Shown: in pieces, positions 9,498 through 18,819 of the stretch | Numbering within the stretch: the stretch's first letter is position 1 | How the letters are laid out: every line of letters starts with the position of its first letter | DNA from: Thermoproteota archaeon | GTDB lineage: Archaea; Thermoproteota; Nitrososphaeria; Nitrososphaerales; Nitrosopumilaceae | Length of the DNA stretch: 64,000 nucleotides | Reading direction: 5' to 3' | Assembly (NCBI GenBank): GCA_040757675.1 | Contig: JBFLWI010000002.1 | Span: 55,217 to 119,216 of the forward strand | Notes under the pieces: generated by a model | What the model saw: the letters and a program-made list of their open reading frames with translations, nothing else | Database searches by the model: none | What the model was told of the DNA's origin: nothing | Program-made: the position numbers and the translations under genes

Positions 9498-10355
9498 GTG
9501 AGCGAACCCAAATTACGAATCGCAATAGCTGGGGCAAATGGATTTGTGGGAACAAACCTTCGTAGATTCCTCTCAAAAAACAAAATCCACGTCATCAGCC
9601 TGACTAGAAAAAAACAAAAGAACTTTCGGTTTGAAAAAAACCTAGTCTTCTCCGATCTCGCAAGCAAAACTTTGATTGCAAGACTTAGGGGGTGTGATGC
9701 ACTGATTCATCTCATAGGAACAGGAATGCAAACCATGGATGCGGATTATGAGTCAGTCAACGTGGAGCAAACTAGAAAACTCGTTGATTTGTGCAAGAAA
9801 TCAAAAATCAAAAAACTTGTCTATCTAAGCGGCCTTGGAGTACACAAAGCTACTACCTTTGGATATTTTATCTCAAAGCTGAAGGCAGAAAAGATGATTA
9901 TTGAATCCAAACTTGATTACACCATTCTGAGGGCCTCGTACATTGTTGGCAAAGACGATCCACTCACAAGAAACCTTCGAAACCAAATCAAAAAAGGAAC
10001 GGTTGTCATACCGGGTTCTGGTTCATATAGATTGCAACCAATCTCAGTTGACGACGTCTCAAAAGTGATTCTCTTGTGTGTTACAAATAAGAAACTCTCA
10101 AAGAAGATAGTCGATCTAGTGGGTCCAAAGACGATAAGTTTTGAGAGCTATGTGAGAAACTTTGTCAGAAAAAGAGCCAAAATCAAAAAAATGTCTATAG
10201 AAAAGGCGTACCATGACGCCCTTACCAAGCCAAAAACCGCAGTCTACGGCCTAGACGACCTAAACATCCTGCTTGGAGATTTTACCGCCAATCACACAAA
10301 GTTAGAAAAACTCTGTGGCTTTAAGTTGCAGCCTATAGACCTGCTGCCCTTTTGA
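9498..10355 (+). CDS. NAD(P)-dependent epimerase/dehydratase (atypical SDR, NDUFA9-like)
   Basis: IAGANGFVG Rossmann motif, [15 protein letters not shown] (YxxxK), LQPISVDDV. Confidence 0.8.
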   Translation: MSEPKLRIAIAGANGFVGTNLRRFLSKNKIHVISLTRKKQKNFRFEKNLVFSDLASKTLIARLRGCDALIHLIGTGMQTMDADYESVNVEQTRKLVDLCKKSKIKKLVYLSGLGVHKATTFGYFISKLKAEKMIIESKLDYTILRASYIVGKDDPLTRNLRNQIKKGTVVIPGSGSYRLQPISVDDVSKVILLCVTNKKLSKKIVDLVGPKTISFESYVRNFVRKRAKIKKMSIEKAYHDALTKPKTAVYGLDDLNILLGDFTANHTKLEKLCGFKLQPIDLLPF

Positions 10356-11490
10356 GTATGTCTGCCTTGTCGGTCTTTTCCCAAGGGAACTGAACATCTG
10401 TTCGGCCAAAGTGGCCGTACGCTGCAGTATCCTTGTAGATGGGCCTTTTGAGACCAAGCTGAGATATTATCGCAGCAGGCCTCATGTCAAAATGCTTTCT
10501 TACTAGATTCTCAATGTCTTCTTCTGAAATCTTACTTGTGCCAAAAGTGTTCACCATTAACGAAACTGGTTCTGCTACCCCTATGGCATATGCAACTTGG
10601 ACTTCGCATTTATCTGCCAAGCCAGCTGCAACTATGTTCTTTGCAATGTACCTGCACATGTAGCAAGCAGACCTGTCCACCTTTGAAGGATCCTTTCCGG
10701 AAAATGCTCCTCCACCATGCCTTCCGGCTCCACCGTACGTGTCTACTATGATCTTCCTTCCAGTCAGGCCGGAATCTCCCGGTGGGCCACCTATGACGAA
10801 TCGCCCAGTCGGGTTTACATGAACTTTGATCTTATCGTGCCACCACTTGTCGCATACCGGTCTGATGACCTTATCTACTATCTGCTGCTTTATTTCGGAA
10901 TTGCTAACTTCAGGTGAGTGTTGAGTGGATATGACTACGGTCTCTATTCTCTTTGGCTTGCCGTCTTCATATTCTACAGAAACTTGTGACTTGCCGTCTG
11001 GGCGAACCCAGGGGAGCTCCTTGTTTTTTCTAACTTCGGCCAATCTTCTTGTCAGCTTGTGTGCGATAAGAATTGGAAGCGGCATGAGCTCGTCGGTTTC
11101 ATTGACGGCGTAACCAAACATGAGGCCTTGATCTCCTGCACCCTGATCCTTGTTATCTGTGGCCGTGACTCCTTGTGAGATATCTGGGCTTTGCGCATGC
11201 AAGGACACAAGCACGCTACACGTGTCTGCATCAAAACCATATTCTGGCTTGTCGTAGCCGATCTCTCTTATGGTGTCCCTGACTACTTGTTGAATGTCGA
11301 ATTTTGCCTTTGTAGTCACCTCGCCTGCTACGATTACGACGCCGGTGGTAGTCATGGTCTCTACAGCAACACGTGAATCGGGATCCTGCCTTAGGAATTC
11401 GTCAAGTAGGGCATCTGAGATCTTGTCACAAATCTTGTCTGGGTGGCCTTCTGTTACAGATTCTGAAGTAAAAAGAAAACTTCGTGCCAT
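10333..11490 (-). CDS. metK: S-adenosylmethionine synthetase, bacterial/eukaryotic type
   Basis: [50 protein letters not shown]. Confidence 0.97.
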   Translation of the reverse strand: MARSFLFTSESVTEGHPDKICDKISDALLDEFLRQDPDSRVAVETMTTTGVVIVAGEVTTKAKFDIQQVVRDTIREIGYDKPEYGFDADTCSVLVSLHAQSPDISQGVTATDNKDQGAGDQGLMFGYAVNETDELMPLPILIAHKLTRRLAEVRKNKELPWVRPDGKSQVSVEYEDGKPKRIETVVISTQHSPEVSNSEIKQQIVDKVIRPVCDKWWHDKIKVHVNPTGRFVIGGPPGDSGLTGRKIIVDTYGGAGRHGGGAFSGKDPSKVDRSACYMCRYIAKNIVAAGLADKCEVQVAYAIGVAEPVSLMVNTFGTSKISEEDIENLVRKHFDMRPAAIISQLGLKRPIYKDTAAYGHFGRTDVQFPWEKTDKADILKRAAGL

Positions 11491-11502
11491 TAGAATCGTT
11501 GC

Positions 11503-11745
11503 CTACAAATCGTTTTCTAGTTTGATAAATAATACGTTGTTTCCTCTAACTATGACTCTACCATAGTTTGCAATAATTTTGCCTTCGTGTAGCTCTTCGG
11601 CATCGGTCATAATGAGGTTCATGTAGGAATCCACGTTGTCCATTTTGCCTTTATACTCGATTTCATTTTTCAGTCTTACAGTGACTTTCTTTTTCGTATT
11701 CTTTTGTAGTGTTGTTAATGGTTTTTTGGCGCTTACTTGTGACAA
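11503..11745 (-). CDS. Sm/LSm family RNA-binding protein (SmAP)
   Basis: VTVRLKN...KGKMDNVDSYMNLIM (Sm1) and YGRVIVRGNNVLFI (Sm2). Confidence 0.92.
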   Translation of the reverse strand: MSQVSAKKPLTTLQKNTKKKVTVRLKNEIEYKGKMDNVDSYMNLIMTDAEELHEGKIIANYGRVIVRGNNVLFIKLENDL

Positions 11746-11853
11746 TGGTCGTTCTCTTGTGTTGCTAGCTTTGTAACCTGAATAAAAGCCTTGCCTATTT
11801 CTTAACGTAAAGACAAGATTTGTTTATTTTTCTAATTTTTTTATGGAATTATA

Positions 11854-12516
11854 GTGATGATTAGGACAGGACTAAAAAAATTGGATGATATATTGGGTGG
11901 CGGCCTAAAGAATGGCACGATCATTGATATCTTCGGCCCAAGCGGTTCTGGAAAGACACAACTCACACTTCAAATCGCTGCCAACACATTATCTGAAGGT
12001 GGAAGCATACTATACCAAGATACTACAGGAAGTTTTCGACCAGAAAGGCTTGTTGAGATTCTTAAATCAAAAGGACTCGATTCAACTCTCCTTGATAACA
12101 TGACTGTGGGTAGAATAACCAACACGGCAGAGCAAATAAACAGCCTCTCAAAGATCGAATCTAACTTTTCACTCATCATAATTGATAACATCACAGATCT
12201 GTTCTCATTTGAATATTCAAAAGACGATCAGGTGCTAGAAAAAACCACTAAATTTGCAAAATACATGAGACAATTATCACAAATAGCACGCGAAAAAAAA
12301 ATTCCAATACTAATTGTAAACATGGTTCGCAAAATAGACGACAACGAGCAAGAAAACTTGGATTCTATAATCTCGCTTTACACGCACATAAAAATCAGGA
12401 TGACAAAAAACTCAACAAAATACCAAGGCCAAGTCTTCATCGATCCGGCAAAAAAGAATCAGTTTTCTTACACGATCACAAAAGAAGGGGTAACAGAAGT
12501 GACTGAAGCTATTTAA
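11854..12516 (+). CDS. RadB-like RecA/RadA-family ATPase
   Basis: LDDILGGGL, Walker A GPSGSGKT, DTTGSFRPERL, IIIDNI Walker B; lacks the RadA N-terminal domain. Confidence 0.85.
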   Translation: MMIRTGLKKLDDILGGGLKNGTIIDIFGPSGSGKTQLTLQIAANTLSEGGSILYQDTTGSFRPERLVEILKSKGLDSTLLDNMTVGRITNTAEQINSLSKIESNFSLIIIDNITDLFSFEYSKDDQVLEKTTKFAKYMRQLSQIAREKKIPILIVNMVRKIDDNEQENLDSIISLYTHIKIRMTKNSTKYQGQVFIDPAKKNQFSYTITKEGVTEVTEAI

Positions 12517-12539
12517 CCATGGCAGCAGTCTAACTAGTT

Positions 12540-12659
12540 ATGGCAGGCATTTTTGATTCCATTCCAGCTATTTCCGTAATCTTGTTTGTGATCGGAATCA
12601 TTGGTATAATGGTCTATGAGCGCGCAAAGTCAAGAAAAGATACACAACAAACAACTTGA
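12540..12659 (+). CDS. Putative 39-aa single-pass membrane microprotein
   Basis: MAGIFDSIPAISVILFVIGIIGIMVYERAKSRKDTQQTT: hydrophobic helix followed by basic residues; overlaps the lhr start by 44 nt. Confidence 0.35.
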   Translation: MAGIFDSIPAISVILFVIGIIGIMVYERAKSRKDTQQTT

Positions 12660-15363
12660 TACAGTTTTAACCAAATTCTACTCGCTTGGTTTTACACAAC
12701 TAACAGAAATTCAAAAAAAAGCGATTCCCACTATAGTTCAAAAAAAAGACTGTCTGATTATAGCACCAACCGGATCAGGAAAGACAGAATGTTCCGTAAT
12801 ACCGGTCTTTTCATTTGTTGCAACTACAAAAAAGCCTGGCAAAATAAAAGCACTATACATTACACCACTGAGGGCTCTGAATCGTGATGTCTTCAAACGC
12901 ATCATCAAATACGCTGAATCGGAAAACCTCACAATAGAGATCCGACACGGAGACACCTCTCAATCAGCCAGAAAAAGAATCACGGCACTGCCTCCGGACA
13001 TTCTAATTACAACGCCAGAAACACTGGTGATTCTGCTGACTCAGCAAAAAATGCTTGAGGCTCTCTCTGAGCTGGAATGGGTCATAGTCGACGAAGTACA
13101 CGACCTGCTTTCCAATGAACGGGGCTCTCAGCTTTCTGTAAGCATCGAGCGATTGCAGCTCAACACAAAAAACCCGATAACTAGGATAGGACTTTCAGCC
13201 ACAGTAGGGAATCCAGATGATGCTGCAAAATTCCTTGTTGGAACAAAAAGAAAATACCAAGTCATACGTGACAACACCATTCGAAAATACGACGTAGAAG
13301 TCAGGCACGTAAACGGAACCATTCATGATGTAGCAGACGTAATAATTGACTGCCTTGTGAAATTGAAGTTGGACTCCCCAGTCCTGCTTTTCACAAATAC
13401 AAGGGGTGAGGCAGAGTTTCTGGCGTCCATATTGAGGGAAAAATCGCCAATTACAGTTGAGCTGCATCACGGCTCGCTCTCACAACAAGTGCGCGAGGAA
13501 ACAGAGGAAAACCTCAAGGCTGGAAGATCGAGGTTGGTTGTATGCACCTCGTCGCTTGAGCTTGGTCTTGACATCGGCTCAGTTGAACTCGTCATGCATT
13601 ATGGTTCACCACGCCAGGTCTCAAAATTCATGCAGAGAATAGGCAGAAGCAAGCACAACAAGCATTCTTCTGCAAAAGGCATTATAATCACAAATAGTGT
13701 AGACGACGAACTTGAGACAAAAGCAATCATGGAGAGAATTCAGGAAGGTTCGATAGAAGACCAAACCACACACACTGGATCACTAGATGTGCTGGCACAC
13801 CATCTGGTGGGACTCTCAATGCAGCTTGGCATCATACCAGTAAGCACCGCGCTTGAGATCTTTAGGAACTCGTATCTATTTAGAAACTTGACACTTGATG
13901 AGCTTAGCGGTGTACTTGAGCTGTTGGACTCTAACTATCTGATAACATTTGACAAAGAAAAAATGGTCTTCAAAAAGACTGCAAAATGTTACAGGTACTA
14001 CTTTGAAAACCTCTCTACAATACCAGACATTTTGAAATTCAAGGTATTTGACATCATAACAAAAAAGACAATCGGAAGCCTAGATCAGAGATTTGTTGGT
14101 GACTTTGGCGAGCCAGGAAACATCTTTGTTCTGAGGGGCTCACAATGGAAAATAGTAAACGTAGATGAATCTTCCTTGAAGGTAAATGTGGAACCTGTGC
14201 GCGCAGGCGGCATCACCGTGCCATATTGGGAGGGAGAAAACATACCTGTGGATCACAGAACTGCATCCAAAGTCGGCAAATTCAGAACAAAGATACGAAG
14301 CGGTCTTCTCACCCTACCTGATAATGTGATCACACAACTGAACCTGCCAGTCATACCGGACGATAGAACCATGGTAGTAGAATCGGTACGCGGGCAAGGC
14401 ATGATCGTAATTCATTCCTGTTTTGGAACAAAAATCAACGCAACTTTGGCAACGGTGCTATCCTCCATGCTTTCTTCAAAGACGGGATTCCAAGTGGACG
14501 CAAGGTCTGACGCATACAGAATTGCATTGTCCTCAAGGGGCCGTATACTCGAAGACCACGTAAGGCAGATACTTGCGGACACATATGATTTGGATCAATT
14601 GGTGACTGCTTCACTTGGTGGAACGCACAACGTAAGCTGGCGCACATGGAATGTTGCAAAGAAATTCGGAGTCGTCGGAAGAGGCGCAGTGTATGAGAAA
14701 AAATCCGCAAGATTTCTCTTTGAGCGGTATTCTGGCACACCACTAGTCAGGGAGGCCATGAGGGAGCTGTTCCACGACAAATACGATCTTGAAAATTCTG
14801 CCAAGGTGCTCCAAGACATATCTTCTAACAAAATTCAGATCCACTGGCTTGAGGAAAACAAATTCTCAAAGCTTGCAGAACCAATTTTGGATCACACCAC
14901 AAAATATTATTCGTCTCCCGCAAATATCGACAAAGGAATACTCGATCTAGTGAAAAGCCGTCTCTTTAAAACCAGCCACAGGCTGATCTGCGCAAGATGC
15001 GGCAAATGGGAAAAAGTGGTTCAAACAAGCGAGATAGAGAAAATGCCAAGCTGCCCTAAATGCAAGGCACACCAGATTGCAACCACCTTCTACTCTGATT
15101 ATGAGCTGACAAAAATCATACAAAAAAAAGTGGCCGGAAAGAAGATCTCAGCAGAAGAAAACCACAAATTTACACGTGCATGGAAGTCGGCCTCACTTTT
15201 GGCAAACTTTGGCAAGACTGCACTCATTGTTCTTTCTGGCTATGGAATAGGCGTAGATACTGCTTCGAGGATCCTTCGAAATATGGTTGACGAAGAGACC
15301 CTGTATAGGCAGATCTACGAGGCAGAAAGGCAGTATGTGACCACACGGGGATTTTGGGACTAG
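12616..15363 (+). CDS. lhr: Lhr-like SF2 helicase with C-terminal Zn finger
   Basis: APTGSGKT, TPLRALNRD, ITTPETL, VDEVH, LSAT, HHGSLS, TSSLELGLDIG, QRIGRS; CARC...CPKC near the C-terminus. Confidence 0.93.
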   Translation: MSAQSQEKIHNKQLDTVLTKFYSLGFTQLTEIQKKAIPTIVQKKDCLIIAPTGSGKTECSVIPVFSFVATTKKPGKIKALYITPLRALNRDVFKRIIKYAESENLTIEIRHGDTSQSARKRITALPPDILITTPETLVILLTQQKMLEALSELEWVIVDEVHDLLSNERGSQLSVSIERLQLNTKNPITRIGLSATVGNPDDAAKFLVGTKRKYQVIRDNTIRKYDVEVRHVNGTIHDVADVIIDCLVKLKLDSPVLLFTNTRGEAEFLASILREKSPITVELHHGSLSQQVREETEENLKAGRSRLVVCTSSLELGLDIGSVELVMHYGSPRQVSKFMQRIGRSKHNKHSSAKGIIITNSVDDELETKAIMERIQEGSIEDQTTHTGSLDVLAHHLVGLSMQLGIIPVSTALEIFRNSYLFRNLTLDELSGVLELLDSNYLITFDKEKMVFKKTAKCYRYYFENLSTIPDILKFKVFDIITKKTIGSLDQRFVGDFGEPGNIFVLRGSQWKIVNVDESSLKVNVEPVRAGGITVPYWEGENIPVDHRTASKVGKFRTKIRSGLLTLPDNVITQLNLPVIPDDRTMVVESVRGQGMIVIHSCFGTKINATLATVLSSMLSSKTGFQVDARSDAYRIALSSRGRILEDHVRQILADTYDLDQLVTASLGGTHNVSWRTWNVAKKFGVVGRGAVYEKKSARFLFERYSGTPLVREAMRELFHDKYDLENSAKVLQDISSNKIQIHWLEENKFSKLAEPILDHTTKYYSSPANIDKGILDLVKSRLFKTSHRLICARCGKWEKVVQTSEIEKMPSCPKCKAHQIATTFYSDYELTKIIQKKVAGKKISAEENHKFTRAWKSASLLANFGKTALIVLSGYGIGVDTASRILRNMVDEETLYRQIYEAERQYVTTRGFWD

Positions 15364-16757
15364 TTCTTCTTTCGTATGGTGGAATACGGCGTCAAAAACA
15401 GCTCGGTTCTTCCCTCAAGGCCTTGCCTTGCTACTACGCCGCTTACTGAAATGATTTCTCCAATTGAGCACTCGTCAAGCTGTCTTGCTTGATTCCTCCA
15501 CCCTTTGAGCCAAATCTGCGCCGTATCGTCTTCTACAAACATTTCAGAAAGTGAAACAGTCTCGCCTGTCTTTGTCTGTATGTTTTTTCTCTCCGGCGCT
15601 TTTAGGATGATAGCTTCAATGCAGTAATAGTTGTTGTCTGGTTTTATGTTTGCAATTTTTGTTCTAAGGTCTGCCAACACCGGTAGATCCTCGTCATCTA
15701 TTTTTCTAACAAAAGAATCGGCATCAATTGTGATGCTGTTTCCGTACAACTTTGATGGCATGCATTCTATAACATCGCCTTGGCCAAACGAGCTTGTGGC
15801 ATCTGCGGTATCTACAATGTTGTAAATCTGTTTTTCTTTGTTGACTCCTAGAAGCATCCTCTGCCCGTTTTCATTTTTTGTGCTGGATAGCACTCTGATT
15901 ATGACTGGTTCTACCTCCTTTTTTGCTTGAATCTCAAGAATGGTTGATTCGTTTCCGTGAATCTCAAGTTCCTGCTGGTTCATCTTTGTTTTCACACCGA
16001 CGAGTCGCGCTTTGGTTCCTGCAGGTATCATTTTTGGAATTTCTGAATCGTTTTTGTTCCACAGAACAACTCGCACGGATCTACCATCGCTGCCTTTGAG
16101 TCTGAACCGCAACGCAGTGCCGGGCGCGCCACGAAAGTTTGTAAACTCTGAAAAGTTAATGCCGCCGTCTATGATGCCTGAAACCACAATGTTGTTTTGA
16201 CCCTCTTTGATTTCTGATACGTCTTTTGTAAGAGAATCAATGGAAGGAATGTCGCTTTCTGTGCTTGCACGCTCGATTGTGGAGCCTGAGCCTATGTTGA
16301 TTGTGAGCTGACCGTTGAGGTCGGACTTGACGTAAGCTTTGATTATCTTGATGAGATCGCCTGGACTCAGATTTGTAATCTCAGGTAGATTCGCTTTCTC
16401 ATCCCAGAGCTTTACTGTGGCAGATGAATCATTATCATACACTGTCATGTTTCGCAAGAAAAACTGTGAGCCGTCCTTTCTTGAGAATTGTTTTTTTGGG
16501 GAGACGTTGAGGACTCTGGTCTGTAAGGTGACCTCTTTTGCGCCCGCATACAGATCCTTTATGCCGACCTCGCTTTTTGGCGGCTCTGAAATAGTTATGC
16601 CAAGATCAGACGCAACAAGAAATAATGCGCCCTGGTCTGTAAGGTAGCCGGCACCTATCTTTTCTTTCTTTTGGGCGATCAGCTTTTCTATGTCTTCTTT
16701 TGTGAGCTCCGGTTTTTGTTCAAGGAGTTTTGATAAAAGGGAATCAAATTCACTCAA
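15360..16757 (-). CDS. rpa: Replication protein A / multi-OB-fold ssDNA-binding protein
   Basis: Repeated OB signatures (FSRKDGS..., DNDSSATVKLWD, GRSVRVVLWN, EDDTAQIWLKGW); TTG start. Confidence 0.88.
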   Translation of the reverse strand: MSEFDSLLSKLLEQKPELTKEDIEKLIAQKKEKIGAGYLTDQGALFLVASDLGITISEPPKSEVGIKDLYAGAKEVTLQTRVLNVSPKKQFSRKDGSQFFLRNMTVYDNDSSATVKLWDEKANLPEITNLSPGDLIKIIKAYVKSDLNGQLTINIGSGSTIERASTESDIPSIDSLTKDVSEIKEGQNNIVVSGIIDGGINFSEFTNFRGAPGTALRFRLKGSDGRSVRVVLWNKNDSEIPKMIPAGTKARLVGVKTKMNQQELEIHGNESTILEIQAKKEVEPVIIRVLSSTKNENGQRMLLGVNKEKQIYNIVDTADATSSFGQGDVIECMPSKLYGNSITIDADSFVRKIDDEDLPVLADLRTKIANIKPDNNYYCIEAIILKAPERKNIQTKTGETVSLSEMFVEDDTAQIWLKGWRNQARQLDECSIGEIISVSGVVARQGLEGRTELFLTPYSTIRKKN

Positions 16758-16803
16758 GTTAGATTTTGATAAACAGGTGTACTAATAAAAATTTGTCATC
16801 ACC

Positions 16804-16983
16804 GGTTCTGCTAATTTGTCGAGATCTGATGCAAATGATAAATAGTTTTATTCATAAAAGGAGACTGATCACGTGTACGCAGTAAAATCAATCAGGCAGC
16901 CTTTCACACCAAACCCAGAATTTATCAGCATGATGGTCGCAGGATCTGTATGAGCAGGTCTCGATAAGTTGAACCGCAGAACC
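16804..16983. mobile_element. 180-bp inverted-repeat element (MITE-like or structured RNA) flanked by 8-bp direct repeats
   Basis: GGTTCTGC 16804-16811 / GCAGAACC 16976-16983 and AATTTGTCGAGATCTG 16813-16828 / CAGGTCTCGATAAGTT 16955-16970 are inverted repeats; flanks TCATCACC 16796-16803 and TCATCGCC 16984-16991 match at 7 of 8 positions. Confidence 0.6.
16873..16953 (+). CDS. Putative 26-aa peptide inside the inverted-repeat element
   Basis: GTG start, MYAVKSIRQPFTPNPEFISMMVAGSV, TGA; AAGGAG at 16858-16863, 9 nt upstream. Confidence 0.35.
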   Translation: MYAVKSIRQPFTPNPEFISMMVAGSV

Positions 16984-17000
16984 TCATCGCCTAAATTAGA

Positions 17001-17960
17001 GTGAAATTCAGACAAGCTGTGTCGAGTATAGTGGCTAGATCGCTTACCAAATCATACGGCGATCTGGTTGCAGTGGATGGAATAGACTTGGATGTAAAAG
17101 AAGGACATGTCTTTGGATTCTTGGGTCCAAATGGGGCAGGCAAATCGACTACGATAAAGCTTCTCACCACACTTATTCCACCAACAAGCGGCACGATGGA
17201 AATTCTTGGGATCAACGCGATCAAACATCCACTTGAAGTACGGAAGCGAATAGGTGTCGTTATACAGCAACCAAGTTACGAGCCAAACCTCTCGGTTGAA
17301 AAATCACTTGAAAAGTACGGCATGATGTGGAATATTGACAAAAAGACAAGAAAAGAACGAGCAGAAGAACTTATCAAGATCTTTGGTTTGCAAGAAATTA
17401 GAAAGCGCAAAAACGAGGACCTTTCAATAGGGCAGAGGAGGCGAGTCCAAGTAGCTCGTGAATTCATGCATGAAATGGAACTGTTGTTTTTAGACGAGCC
17501 TACCGTGGGGCTTGATCCGAGCGCACGCAGGGGGTTACTCGACTTTTTAAAAGGCAAGGCAAAGACCGGCCTTACCATATTTTATACCACGCACGTTCTT
17601 ACCGAGGCAGAATACCTGTGCGATCAAATTGCAGTGATCAACAAAGGCAAAATCCTGGCAGTGGACACACCGGAGCAGCTAAAAAACACATTTGGGCAAG
17701 AAAAAACGATCAAGATCCACCTTCTGTATAGACATGAAGGTTTAGCTCAACTACTTTCTGGCATATCCGACTGTACTGTCGATTTTAACACTGGAACCGA
17801 CATACTGATTCAGTCAAGAAATTCCGAACTAGTACTCTCAAAAATCTTGCAAATCCTCATTGAAAACAACATCGCAATTGAGGATTTGGTTGCCATGCCT
17901 ACTACACTCGAAGAAATATTTCTCAAAATGGTCAAGGATACAAATGCACCCCACAATTAG
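17001..17960 (+). CDS. ABC-2 type exporter ATP-binding subunit (DrrA/NodI-like)
   Basis: GPNGAGKST, LSIGQRRR signature, LFLDEPTVGLD, TTH; C-terminal DUF4162-like tail; the start could be a few codons downstream. Confidence 0.92.
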   Translation: MKFRQAVSSIVARSLTKSYGDLVAVDGIDLDVKEGHVFGFLGPNGAGKSTTIKLLTTLIPPTSGTMEILGINAIKHPLEVRKRIGVVIQQPSYEPNLSVEKSLEKYGMMWNIDKKTRKERAEELIKIFGLQEIRKRKNEDLSIGQRRRVQVAREFMHEMELLFLDEPTVGLDPSARRGLLDFLKGKAKTGLTIFYTTHVLTEAEYLCDQIAVINKGKILAVDTPEQLKNTFGQEKTIKIHLLYRHEGLAQLLSGISDCTVDFNTGTDILIQSRNSELVLSKILQILIENNIAIEDLVAMPTTLEEIFLKMVKDTNAPHN

Positions 17961-18705
17961 ACTGGTAAACAGGAATCTGACGATATCGCTCAATCCGGGC
18001 TTTCTTGTCTGGCAGGTGATATTTCCAATCGTCTACATATTTGTCGCAGGGTTTGCGTATACTGCACTGATAAAGTCGGTTCCATTTGGGAACACCGCAC
18101 TTGATTATCCGGCATTTATTGCATCTGGCATGATTGGGTTTAACATAATGAACAGCACACTTGTCTCTGGCATCATAATCTGGAATGACAGAAGACATGG
18201 AATGTTTGAGCAAATACTTGTTGGACCATTTACAAGAACCAATTACATACTTAGCAACGTATACACAATCGCAATAGTCGGCCTCATCAGTGCCGCAATA
18301 ATTACTGCTATTGGTTATCCGTTGTTCTTCAAATCCGTACAGTTCAACTTGTTTACCATACCGTTCATGGTGTTTGCGTCCATTGTGGGATCCATACTGT
18401 TTGGCTCTATCGCATCGATAATCTCAACGAGGATCAGATCAAGCGAAGGCTTCAACGTAATAATTAACACCGTCTTTTTGTTTTTTGCATTCGTAAGCAC
18501 GGCGTTTTATCCGGCAGAGGGTGCACCGGAACCGCTCGCAACTGGATTCTATCTAAATCCACTCACCTACCTTGTCGATATAATCAGGGCGGGAATCTTT
18601 GGCACCTTCAATGAGTTTGTGATGCTTGAAATGCTGGTGCTTGTAAGTATAGCCACTGTTTTGTTTGTGCTTGCAATAAAGCTCTTAACAAAATTAGATT
18701 TGTAA
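17944..18705 (+). CDS. ABC-2 type exporter permease
   Basis: Six TM segments, DRRHGMFEQILVGP, NPLTYLVDIIR; start taken at ATG 17944 (MHPTIRL), overlapping the ATPase stop. Confidence 0.9.
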   Translation: MHPTIRLVNRNLTISLNPGFLVWQVIFPIVYIFVAGFAYTALIKSVPFGNTALDYPAFIASGMIGFNIMNSTLVSGIIIWNDRRHGMFEQILVGPFTRTNYILSNVYTIAIVGLISAAIITAIGYPLFFKSVQFNLFTIPFMVFASIVGSILFGSIASIISTRIRSSEGFNVIINTVFLFFAFVSTAFYPAEGAPEPLATGFYLNPLTYLVDIIRAGIFGTFNEFVMLEMLVLVSIATVLFVLAIKLLTKLDL

Positions 18706-18706
18706 G

Positions 18707-18779
18707 TAGCCCGGCCCAGATTCGAACTGGGGTCAAGGGCTCCAAAGGCCCCTATGCTTGACCGCTACACTACCGGGCT
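18707..18779 (-). tRNA. tRNA-Gln(UUG)
   Basis: Reverse complement AGCCCGG...GGGGC-CTTTGGA-GCCCT...GTTCGAATC...CCGGGCT-A; A1-U72 pair typical of archaeal tRNA-Gln. Confidence 0.97.
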
Positions 18780-18819
18780 TCCTGTTACCCACCTTCAAAA
18801 ACTCCTATTATTGAATTTT

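Noticed and set aside
16796-16991. GTGATGA/GCGATGA C-box-like words on the minus strand at the ends of the inverted-repeat element
   Set aside because: There are no correctly spaced D/D' boxes, so it is not called a C/D sRNA; the words are simply the flanking direct repeats read in reverse.
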